35,578 bases of DNA from a virus (lineage: Duplodnaviria; Caudoviricetes): IMG/VR virus record IMGVR_UViG_3300026543_000122, positions 1-35,578 of that record; one strand, given 5' to 3'. The position numbers and the translations under genes were made by a program. Under the pieces are notes generated by a model that was not told where the DNA came from, did no database searches, and worked only from the letters and a program-made list of their open reading frames with translations. This document shows positions 1-6,497 of the stretch, one piece after another. The number at the start of each line of letters is the position of its first letter. Position 1 is the stretch's first letter.

Positions 1-1
1 G

Positions 2-688
2 CACTATTCCCTGTACCTAAAGAAGCAAGTCACTGTCGGAATCATTCCCGCCACGTCGTGTCGGACTATCATTTATAGTCTAACGAGACCGATCAGGTCC
101 GAATCCATTGTTTGGACAGATCCGGAACGTTTAGTAGCATTTTTGAACAGAACTGTGTCGAAAAGGACCCTTTGCAATACGTTTTCTCACATGATCGTTT
201 ATGCCGACTGGCTGTTAGAGAACGGCTATAAGACTGGAGAAAATCCCTTCCGCAAATTCAGACGAAAGATGGACAAGAAATCGCTCTTTAAGTGCAACAG
301 GGAGCCAAGAATCCCTACGATCTCGTTTGAGGAAACCGAGTCTCGAATCGTAAACGAGATGGAAAATCGTGAAGCAACCCTGAAAGCGCTTCAACTTCTC
401 TACACTGGTATGCGTTATGCGGAAAGCTTCACGTATGAGGCGGGCTTTTGTCTCGGTAAAGGGGGTAAGAAGCGCCAGGTGTTTCCGATCAAAGCGGTGC
501 TGGTTGCCAACTACACGAAGCATTATGACACATTTCGTCGCCAACTTGCTGCAATTGGTCTAAAGCCCCATGACCTTCGGAAGATCTACGCTACTGAGCA
601 ATCGCGTCAGGGAAAAAGTGTCTACCAGCTACGACGGCTTCTTGGTCATTCGTCGATTATGACGTCTCAGTTTTACGTCGGCGCTTAG
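2..688 (+). CDS. Tyrosine recombinase/integrase, 5'-truncated at the window edge
   Basis: Catalytic motifs LLYTGMRYAE (R), GKGGK (K), HDLR (HxxR), LLGH and QFY (Y). The frame of the tracked ORF 143..688 is open back to position 2 (HYSLYLKKQV...). Confidence 0.9.
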   Translation, partial: HYSLYLKKQVTVGIIPATSCRTIIYSLTRPIRSESIVWTDPERLVAFLNRTVSKRTLCNTFSHMIVYADWLLENGYKTGENPFRKFRRKMDKKSLFKCNREPRIPTISFEETESRIVNEMENREATLKALQLLYTGMRYAESFTYEAGFCLGKGGKKRQVFPIKAVLVANYTKHYDTFRRQLAAIGLKPHDLRKIYATEQSRQGKSVYQLRRLLGHSSIMTSQFYVGA

Positions 689-961
689 TTTCTTTTTTCT
701 CTTTTTTTCTTCATGTTCGCAGAACCGGTTGAGTGCCTCTTCGGCACGTCTCATCGGGTCATCTGCGGGCTTATCGCTATGTCGAAGGTGAGAGTAACTG
801 GCCGAAGGTCTGCCCCATTCGTCAGACGAGATCTGCCCATCGCCGTGGCAAAGTTGGCACGTGCTACGCTCCGTGTCGATGTAATTACCCCCCTGAGAGA
901 TCGTGACGATTTCGGTGGATCCGCTGCCACCGCATTCAGTGCAGGTGATCGTGTCACTCAC
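629..961 (-). CDS. DnaJ-type zinc-finger protein with basic tail
   Basis: Two CxxCxGxG motifs (CTECGGSG, CQLCHGDG). The GTG start overlaps the TGA of the upstream micro-ORF. The 3' end overlaps the integrase 3' end antisense by 60 nt. Confidence 0.65.
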   Translation of the reverse strand: MSDTITCTECGGSGSTEIVTISQGGNYIDTERSTCQLCHGDGQISSDEWGRPSASYSHLRHSDKPADDPMRRAEEALNRFCEHEEKKRKKKLSADVKLRRHNRRMTKKPS

Positions 962-1092
962 TTTTTTATTTTGACAGTGCTACGAGACAGCTCTTTTTTG
1001 AGCTTCCCCCGTTGCTTTCCGGTGAGCGGGGAGCCCTTACTCAGGAGAAATCTCACCTGTTTTTGGGACTTAGCCTTTTTTCTTTTTGCCAC
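958..1092 (-). CDS. 44-aa Lys/Arg-rich micro-protein (not in ORF track)
   Basis: Hand translation MAKRKKAKSQKQVRFLLSKGSPLTGKQRGKLKKELSRSTVKIKK. GGAGG lies upstream of the GTG, and there is a GTGA overlap with the next gene. Confidence 0.6.
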   Translation of the reverse strand: MAKRKKAKSQKQVRFLLSKGSPLTGKQRGKLKKELSRSTVKIKK

Positions 1093-1267
1093 CGCGCCTC
1101 CCGGTCTTCGCTAGAGCCGTTGTTTTCTTTAGCGTACTTGCGGTGAAACCACCACCGCCGGCAGCAATTAGACGTTTTTGTTCAGTGCGAGTGATGCTAT
1201 TTGCCCCGGAAGTGAGCCGTTCTCTCGCGATTTCAGCTAAACTTCTTTGTTTCTTACGTTTGGCCAT
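1070..1267 (-). CDS. 65-aa Lys/Arg-rich micro-protein
   Basis: MAKRKKQR...GRRGGKKKKG, with SD AGGAG upstream of the ATG. Confidence 0.65.
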   Translation of the reverse strand: MAKRKKQRSLAEIARERLTSGANSITRTEQKRLIAAGGGGFTASTLKKTTALAKTGRRGGKKKKG

Positions 1268-1333
1268 ATTAGACTCTCCTAAGACTGTTAATTAAACCTA
1301 GTAATTTTGCAATATTAAAAGGAGAATAAAACA

Positions 1334-1591
1334 ATGAGTGTACAAAAAGTCGAAGTAAAAATGATGGTACCAAAAGAACTTAAGGAAATCATTGACGCAG
1401 TGACTGGCTTAGTGGGTCACTTCATCAAGGGCGGAGATATCGCTGGTGCGTTACTGCTTGTCCCTTCGGTCATGACTGCAGTGGATGGCTATGAAAAAGT
1501 CAGCGAAGAGCTAAAGAGTGATGGACAGGATGAAGCTGCTGCCTACATGGTCCATAAGGTTTGGGAATCTCTTAAAAAACCAGCGGCATAA
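1334..1591 (+). CDS. Hypothetical protein, first gene of the + strand block
   Basis: Strong SD AAGGAG, ATG start, central hydrophobic stretch. Confidence 0.75.
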   Translation: MSVQKVEVKMMVPKELKEIIDAVTGLVGHFIKGGDIAGALLLVPSVMTAVDGYEKVSEELKSDGQDEAAAYMVHKVWESLKKPAA

Positions 1592-1714
1592 ATGGTGGGC
1601 CGAATTCTTTTGGCCGCTAAGCAGCTCGTTCAGCTGATTTTTTATCTGAAGATTATTTGGGCAGCGGTCAAAAGAATTTACCAGTGGGTGAGAATGAAAT
1701 GTTTAAAGAAATAA
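1592..1714 (+). CDS. 40-aa hydrophobic/basic membrane peptide (not in ORF track)
   Basis: The ATG directly follows the upstream TAA. Translation MVGRILLAAKQLVQLIFYLKIIWAAVKRIYQWVRMKCLKK. Overlaps the lipoprotein start. Confidence 0.5.
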   Translation: MVGRILLAAKQLVQLIFYLKIIWAAVKRIYQWVRMKCLKK

Positions 1715-2397
1715 TCGCCCTATCGTTTTTCCTTGGATCCTGCTCCACAATCACACCACAGGTGCTGGATCCGGAAGTCTATTACCAATCCGACATCAAG
1801 ATGGAAGTCAATAGGCGTAAGGGCACCGGCACACTTGTCGTCCCTTACGCTTCGGCCTACAAGATGGAGTTTAAAACTCCCGGTGATATCGATCTCCTAA
1901 AGATTACTACTTGCCATAGGCAGCATTCGACTGAGGACGTAAGGAAGGGTTCCGGGATCTTTCGGATGTTTAAATCAAAGCGTAAGTATGAGTATGACTA
2001 TTACCCTAATGGTCCTATGGAGCAGACCGGTGGTTGCCCACTCTTTATCGAAGCCTATGAGTCAGGGGTAAAGGGTCGGCACTCTTCTGGGTTGATTGCG
2101 TTTGAGGATCCAGGTTACAAACTAAAGTTTACGGTGAAGTGTAACGGGAGAAACATTGCGGTTAACGGAGTTTCAATTTGTGAGAGTTGGAACGGGTTAG
2201 AGCAAGCCTTTCAGTTCTCAAAACCCGTCAGGTGGGAAGCTTCTGAAGAGAAGTGTAATCTCCCCAAATCAAGCGACGACATGCTATTTGAATACCCGAT
2301 GCCGAACCGGGATTGTTACTATGTTTTCACAGACGGTGAGGACTTCGGAAGAGTCCACACTGTAGGCTATGAACAGATTGCGATAAGGGGAAAGTGA
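1699..2397 (+). CDS. Putative lipoprotein
   Basis: Probable start at ATG 1699: MFKEIIALSFFLGS|C is a signal peptide with a lipobox. Six further Cys lie in the mature part. Confidence 0.7.
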   Translation: MFKEIIALSFFLGSCSTITPQVLDPEVYYQSDIKMEVNRRKGTGTLVVPYASAYKMEFKTPGDIDLLKITTCHRQHSTEDVRKGSGIFRMFKSKRKYEYDYYPNGPMEQTGGCPLFIEAYESGVKGRHSSGLIAFEDPGYKLKFTVKCNGRNIAVNGVSICESWNGLEQAFQFSKPVRWEASEEKCNLPKSSDDMLFEYPMPNRDCYYVFTDGEDFGRVHTVGYEQIAIRGK

Positions 2398-2401
2398 TCC
2401 A

Positions 2402-2611
2402 GTGTGGGAGCTAATTCTAACCGTAGGTCTTAAGATCATAGGGTGGTTTCTATTCAACGATGAGAAGAAGACCGAGGCTAAAAAGAAGTTCATCGAATAC
2501 ATCGAGTCAAGAGCTAACCTCCACAAACGTCCCGTCGAAGCCAGAAAATCTTTCAAGAAACTTAAGGAGAAGTTATTAAAAGACGGGGACAAAAAGGATG
2601 GAGCTGTTTAG
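2402..2611 (+). CDS. Small protein with N-terminal membrane anchor and basic tail
   Basis: MWELILTVGLKIIGWFLF followed by a Lys-rich helix; tightly packed with neighbours. Confidence 0.6.
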   Translation: MWELILTVGLKIIGWFLFNDEKKTEAKKKFIEYIESRANLHKRPVEARKSFKKLKEKLLKDGDKKDGAV

Positions 2612-2936
2612 ACCCTTGGAAGTAGATATCTTGTACGTCGAGTGTGACTTCGATGACGTTGAACTTCTTGCCAGACACACGAAAGCCACAATCTACTGGG
2701 CTTCAAAGAGCCAGCACGCTATTGAGATTCTTCGCCTCGGTCTTTGCATCCCGACAATCGTGTTGATTGATCTTTTCAACTGTCCGATTGTTGATGGACT
2801 CGGCACCTATCTTGAGAGATTAGAGGAGCATGTATCGAAACGTCAGATCTATCTCACTAACCCCAGCCCCTACGCGTTTAAAGACTACACATTTTTGCTG
2901 AAGGGAAATTACGAAAGGATCAATCTCCTTGTCTGA
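2598..2936 (+). CDS. Stand-alone CheY-like receiver domain (degenerate)
   Basis: ILYVECDFDDVELL resembles ILLVEDD. PTIVLIDLFNCPIVDG resembles PDLILLDLxMPxxDG. YLTN (T) and FLLKG (K) fall near the expected positions. Confidence 0.6.
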   Translation: MELFRPLEVDILYVECDFDDVELLARHTKATIYWASKSQHAIEILRLGLCIPTIVLIDLFNCPIVDGLGTYLERLEEHVSKRQIYLTNPSPYAFKDYTFLLKGNYERINLLV

Positions 2937-3177
2937 AACTAATGGCTGGAAGGAATCAAAGCCTCTCATCTTGTCGGAGCTCAATCGGCATAACGCTAAT
3001 CATATAGGGCTAGCGAAAAAGCTTGATGACATTCGTGACAAGATTGCAGAACTCAAGGTTGACATCATTATCTTAAAGAACGATAAGGCCTGGGTGTTTC
3101 GGATCGCAGGAGGCGTATCACTTCTGATCAGTCTCCTGACTTCAGTGATCTACTCTCTACTTTCAAAGAAGATGTAA
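2929..3177 (+). CDS. Coiled-coil protein with C-terminal TM helix (holin/XhlA-like candidate)
   Basis: Heptad pattern LAKKLDDIRDKIAELKVDI, then hydrophobic IAGGVSLLISLLTSVIYSLL; close to the endolysin. Confidence 0.5.
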   Translation: MSETNGWKESKPLILSELNRHNANHIGLAKKLDDIRDKIAELKVDIIILKNDKAWVFRIAGGVSLLISLLTSVIYSLLSKKM

Positions 3178-3287
3178 GCTTCCATACTTTCGGTTTTTGT
3201 TTTAAGATTCTTGATGACCCAGGTATCTTTTTTCTCAGCTTGATCGATGACGAGCCAGGCAGCGTTGAGTAGTTCTTCAAGCTTCAT
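3150..3287 (-). CDS. Small hypothetical protein (probable start MKLEELL)
   Basis: 3' part of tracked ORF 3150..3395 that does not overlap the endolysin. Confidence 0.35.
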   Translation of the reverse strand: MKLEELLNAAWLVIDQAEKKDTWVIKNLKTKTESMEAYIFFESRE

Positions 3288-3309
3288 TGTAGTGTAAAAA
3301 TCCGTTAGC

Positions 3310-3807
3310 TTAACAGATTGGGTCTCTGATCTCTGTGAGCAATATTTTAATTGGGTCAACATAGTTGATTCTGTTTTTAAATTCTCCCGCTCCATTACGG
3401 TAAGGCCCCCCTTGGTTGTATGCAGAGATCACGTCATCCTCAAAACCAAATCTTTTTGTCAGCGCCCTAAGCTTTTTAGCGCCATAATAGAAGTTTATCT
3501 TGGGCCTAAAGGCATTGAGAAAGCTCCCTTGGTATCCTAATTCTCTCATCACAGCGAACATGATTTGGCAATAACCCACACTGATTCTTTGAACATTCTC
3601 TTCAGTGGCCTGGGTAATATGGTGCAATTTGGCGTTCTTTTTAGTGTTCACAAGCCACTCGAAATGGGCTTCATATCTCATGGCGTCCATCCTTCCGCGG
3701 CTCTCACGGAAGGCGACAGCGGCCAGCAAGTCCCAGGAAATGTCATGCTTTTTTGCTGCAGTGCAGATTACATCGAGCGGTAAAACCTCAAGCCATTCAG
3801 GAATCAT
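3310..3807 (-). CDS. SLT-family lytic transglycosylase (endolysin)
   Basis: LLAAVAFRES (catalytic Glu), GYCQIM, NFYYGAKKL and SAYNQG motifs; SD AAGGAAAGG. Confidence 0.9.
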   Translation of the reverse strand: MIPEWLEVLPLDVICTAAKKHDISWDLLAAVAFRESRGRMDAMRYEAHFEWLVNTKKNAKLHHITQATEENVQRISVGYCQIMFAVMRELGYQGSFLNAFRPKINFYYGAKKLRALTKRFGFEDDVISAYNQGGPYRNGAGEFKNRINYVDPIKILLTEIRDPIC

Positions 3808-3837
3808 TTGATCAACCTTTCCTTTTGATCTTATAAT
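3808..3837 (+). promoter_or_regulatory. Sigma70-like promoter for the 3861 operon
   Basis: TTGATC-18 nt-TATAAT in the divergent intergenic gap. Confidence 0.4.
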
Positions 3838-3860
3838 GGAGAAAGAATCGCAATTAGTCT

Positions 3861-4286
3861 ATGAGAAGTTACGAGAACCCAAACTTTAAAGATCCCTACG
3901 TCTTCATTCGTGATTGGTTTGTTGCGCCTATTCTTCGCCATAAGCCCAATGGAATTAAGCCAAGCGAGTTCTTAAATGAGATGTGGGGAGTAAAGGATCG
4001 CCCCATTAAGCTTTACACGGCTAAAAGAAAGTTCGAATGCCGTGCGCTCATGAAGGTCAACAACAATGTGCCGACCCAAGGGTTAGGCTTGATGCGATTT
4101 AAGCACCACGACCAGGTGATGGTACGGCTGGAAAAAGAACATGTTGACTGCGAGATCATTTTCGGGTCATCACATAGGTACCAAGTGTTTCAATTAACTT
4201 ACGATCAATGGAGAGACGCGAGGATTCATCTGGTTGAGAAGCTGCTCTTTAAAATTCATCAAAGAAAGAAGCCTGCTCAGTGCTGA
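3861..4286 (+). CDS. Hypothetical protein
   Basis: 141-aa ORF, first gene after the promoter-like site; no family recognised. Confidence 0.65.
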   Translation: MRSYENPNFKDPYVFIRDWFVAPILRHKPNGIKPSEFLNEMWGVKDRPIKLYTAKRKFECRALMKVNNNVPTQGLGLMRFKHHDQVMVRLEKEHVDCEIIFGSSHRYQVFQLTYDQWRDARIHLVEKLLFKIHQRKKPAQC

Positions 4287-4471
4287 TTGAATTAACCAAT
4301 GCCAACACAGATGCGAAGGTCTTTGTGATGTCGGCTCTCGTCTTTTACTTTTACTTTTCAGAAGCCAACAAGTGTGTCCATGTAGTTTCAAATGGGGGAG
4401 CATTTTTTCCGGTAAAGGAGTCGTTGCAACAGGTTGAAGAGAAACTATGTCGGCCAGCGACTACCGGATAA
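4280..4471 (+). CDS. FlbD-like small protein
   Basis: MLIELT...vSNG..fpVKESLQQVEEKL matches the size and terminal motifs of the FlbD/SwrD family as I recall them (MIxLT...G...VKESxEEV). Confidence 0.5.
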   Translation: MLIELTNANTDAKVFVMSALVFYFYFSEANKCVHVVSNGGAFFPVKESLQQVEEKLCRPATTG

Positions 4472-4800
4472 AAGGCTACTTTAAAATTAGGTTGAAGATC
4501 ACAGGGCTTGACCTGGCTGTCATCTTCTATAACCTATTCAGTGCTTATGACGATCCGACGGTGGGGTTTGAAGACGCCAATCAAACGATCTTTGAAGTGG
4601 CGAGCGCCTTTAACCGGGTGCAGCTCGTTGATCGAAATAAGATCGAGAGTGTTCTTTGGGCCTGTAATCTCATGAGTGAGAAGGGAAAGTTCTGGCACCC
4701 TCAAGGACTTTCGTTTGATGCATGGATTAATAAGCTGAAACTGATTGACAAGTTTAATAAAAAATATAACTTCCTAACTGATAAAGAGGATGAACGATGA
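4447..4800 (+). CDS. Hypothetical protein
   Basis: Overlap-coupled ORF within the operon. Confidence 0.6.
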   Translation: MSASDYRIKGYFKIRLKITGLDLAVIFYNLFSAYDDPTVGFEDANQTIFEVASAFNRVQLVDRNKIESVLWACNLMSEKGKFWHPQGLSFDAWINKLKLIDKFNKKYNFLTDKEDER

Positions 4801-5222
4801 AACTATTATCTGAAAAAACCCTGAGCCTGTATCTGTTCCTTGCATCTGGCATAGCGCTTCATGCAACGATCGGGCTGAGCGATAACGCCAAATTCCTGCT
4901 AGTGAGTCTGTTTGGATTCTACTGCGTGACTGAAGTCGTGGAGTGTTTGATTGACAATCTCCGTAAGAAGAAAAGGAATGAGGTGAGTACTGGGCTTGAT
5001 AAGGATGTGTTAAAAGAGATTCAACAAGGATTACTTGAATCTCAGGACGATATTTTAAAGGGTGTCGCTGAGTTAATGAACGGTAAGAACTCTTCTGAGG
5101 ATATCACAAAACATCTTCAGGCTCACAACAATCAGGCTGCACTCATTGCGAAAAGCCTAACCGCGACATTAAAGAAGCTGGACAATCTAACTCATCAGGC
5201 TGGTTTTAAACTGGTTAATTAG
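4797..5222 (+). CDS. Membrane protein (two N-terminal TM segments plus coiled coil)
   Basis: ATGA overlap and GAGG SD; hydrophobic segments followed by RKKKR and a helical tail. Confidence 0.65.
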   Translation: MKLLSEKTLSLYLFLASGIALHATIGLSDNAKFLLVSLFGFYCVTEVVECLIDNLRKKKRNEVSTGLDKDVLKEIQQGLLESQDDILKGVAELMNGKNSSEDITKHLQAHNNQAALIAKSLTATLKKLDNLTHQAGFKLVN

Positions 5223-5230
5223 GGGGGATT

Positions 5231-5695
5231 ATGAATTACGTTGATTCGTTTTTAAAGTTAAAGGAAAGCTGTTCTGATAGCTACACTCTTTTTGGAGACT
5301 GCATTCTTGTTGAGAGGATTAAGTCCAAAGAATTGAAGACAAAGACTGGAATCTACCTTCCCAAGAAGGACATGCCCACTTCAAATCAAGTGAAAGCAAT
5401 GACACCAGATTACTCTATTTTCGTGAAGGTCCTGATGGTGGGCGAAGGGTATTACGATTCGGATAAGGAAATTCACATTCCTTTAGACGTGAAAGAGGGG
5501 GATGTCGTGCTCGTCGGTCAGCAATCCGTTCAGTGGTTCAGTGTGTTCGGTGAGCTTGCTGACTCACAGCACCACTCAAAGATCGGGATTACTCGTGAAG
5601 ATCAGATCAAGCTTAAACTTAAGGGTGATAAGGCCTATGATAAATTCTTCACCTCTCTCAACGATTACCTCAACGATGAAAACAAAGTCAGCTAA
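5231..5695 (+). CDS. groES: GroES-like co-chaperonin
   Basis: GDCILVERI, KTKTGIYLP, VKVLMVGEG and PLDVKEGDVVL are characteristic GroES motifs. Confidence 0.85.
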   Translation: MNYVDSFLKLKESCSDSYTLFGDCILVERIKSKELKTKTGIYLPKKDMPTSNQVKAMTPDYSIFVKVLMVGEGYYDSDKEIHIPLDVKEGDVVLVGQQSVQWFSVFGELADSQHHSKIGITREDQIKLKLKGDKAYDKFFTSLNDYLNDENKVS

Positions 5696-6020
5696 AGCTA
5701 AGGGTAGGCGCTGCGCTCAGGAAGTAAAAGAATTACTGCTCAAGTATGCCCAAGACTTACAGGAAGACGACATCTTGGTGACTCCAAGCGGGGTGACGGG
5801 TCCTGATCTTCACCTTTCTCCTAAGGGTAAGGAACTTTATCCCTTCGCGATTGAGTGTAAGAACCAGGAGAAGTTAAACATCTGGGCTTCCTTAAAGCAG
5901 GCAATCTCTCATGCCACCAATGGCTTGAGACTGCCGGTGCCTTGTTTATTTTTCAGGAAGAACAATTCAGATCTCTATGTCTCACTGAAAGCAGAGGATT
6001 TCATATGGTTGATAAGATAA
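5676..6020 (+). CDS. PD-(D/E)XK nuclease, Holliday-junction resolvase-like
   Basis: Probable start MKTKSAKAKGRR; GPDL...AIECKNQE catalytic motif. Confidence 0.8.
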   Translation: MKTKSAKAKGRRCAQEVKELLLKYAQDLQEDDILVTPSGVTGPDLHLSPKGKELYPFAIECKNQEKLNIWASLKQAISHATNGLRLPVPCLFFRKNNSDLYVSLKAEDFIWLIR

Positions 6021-6346
6021 GAATTCCGATCGTACTCAAAGATGAAGAGGGTCAGATTCAGGGCTGGCTTCAATTATTCAAGTCCTACCAATCAAGAGCT
6101 CGTGGTGATAAGCGTGATTTAGTCATAGCGGGACTTTATTTCTATACAGAATGGCAGAAGGTGAAGAAGACTTTAGATAGTGTTGAGACTGAGCTTTGTC
6201 ACCGTGAGACTGAACTTCTCAGTACGAAGACCGATCTCCAGCAAGCCAGACAAGAGGCTTTGAGTATTAGGATTCAGCTCAGAGATGATCTTAATTTATC
6301 GTCCGAATTTCAACAGCTTGATTCTCAGAATCAAGATCATAAATAA
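6005..6346 (+). CDS. Hypothetical coiled-coil protein
   Basis: Probable start MVDKIRIP after GAGG SD; heptad-rich C-terminal half. Confidence 0.6.
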   Translation: MVDKIRIPIVLKDEEGQIQGWLQLFKSYQSRARGDKRDLVIAGLYFYTEWQKVKKTLDSVETELCHRETELLSTKTDLQQARQEALSIRIQLRDDLNLSSEFQQLDSQNQDHK

Positions 6347-6497
6347 AGTCTTCGTGAAATAGGCTCTCTAAGATAGAGATCGCCAGGTCTTTATCCATGC
6401 CGTACTTTTCAAGCATGTTAACGCATTCTCTGGCTTCTTCACTGAGAGCCCACATGGTTTTAGAGTGAATGTATTTATTGCTGAGTGGCTTGCCCAA
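6291..6497 (-). CDS. Hypothetical protein ending the structural operon
   Basis: Overlaps the upstream gene end; converges with the + block. Confidence 0.4.
   Translation of the reverse strand: MGKPLSNKYIHSKTMWALSEEARECVNMLEKYGMDKDLAISILESLFHEDFIYDLDSENQAVEIRTIN

Noticed and set aside
1070-1092. A_AAA_AAG slippery site at the overlap of the two basic ORFs
   Set aside because: A -1 shift from the 44-aa frame meets a stop almost immediately, giving no useful product.
713-1295. + strand ORFs 713..1114 and 1086..1295
   Set aside because: The minus strand has three SD- or overlap-supported ORFs that tile this interval.
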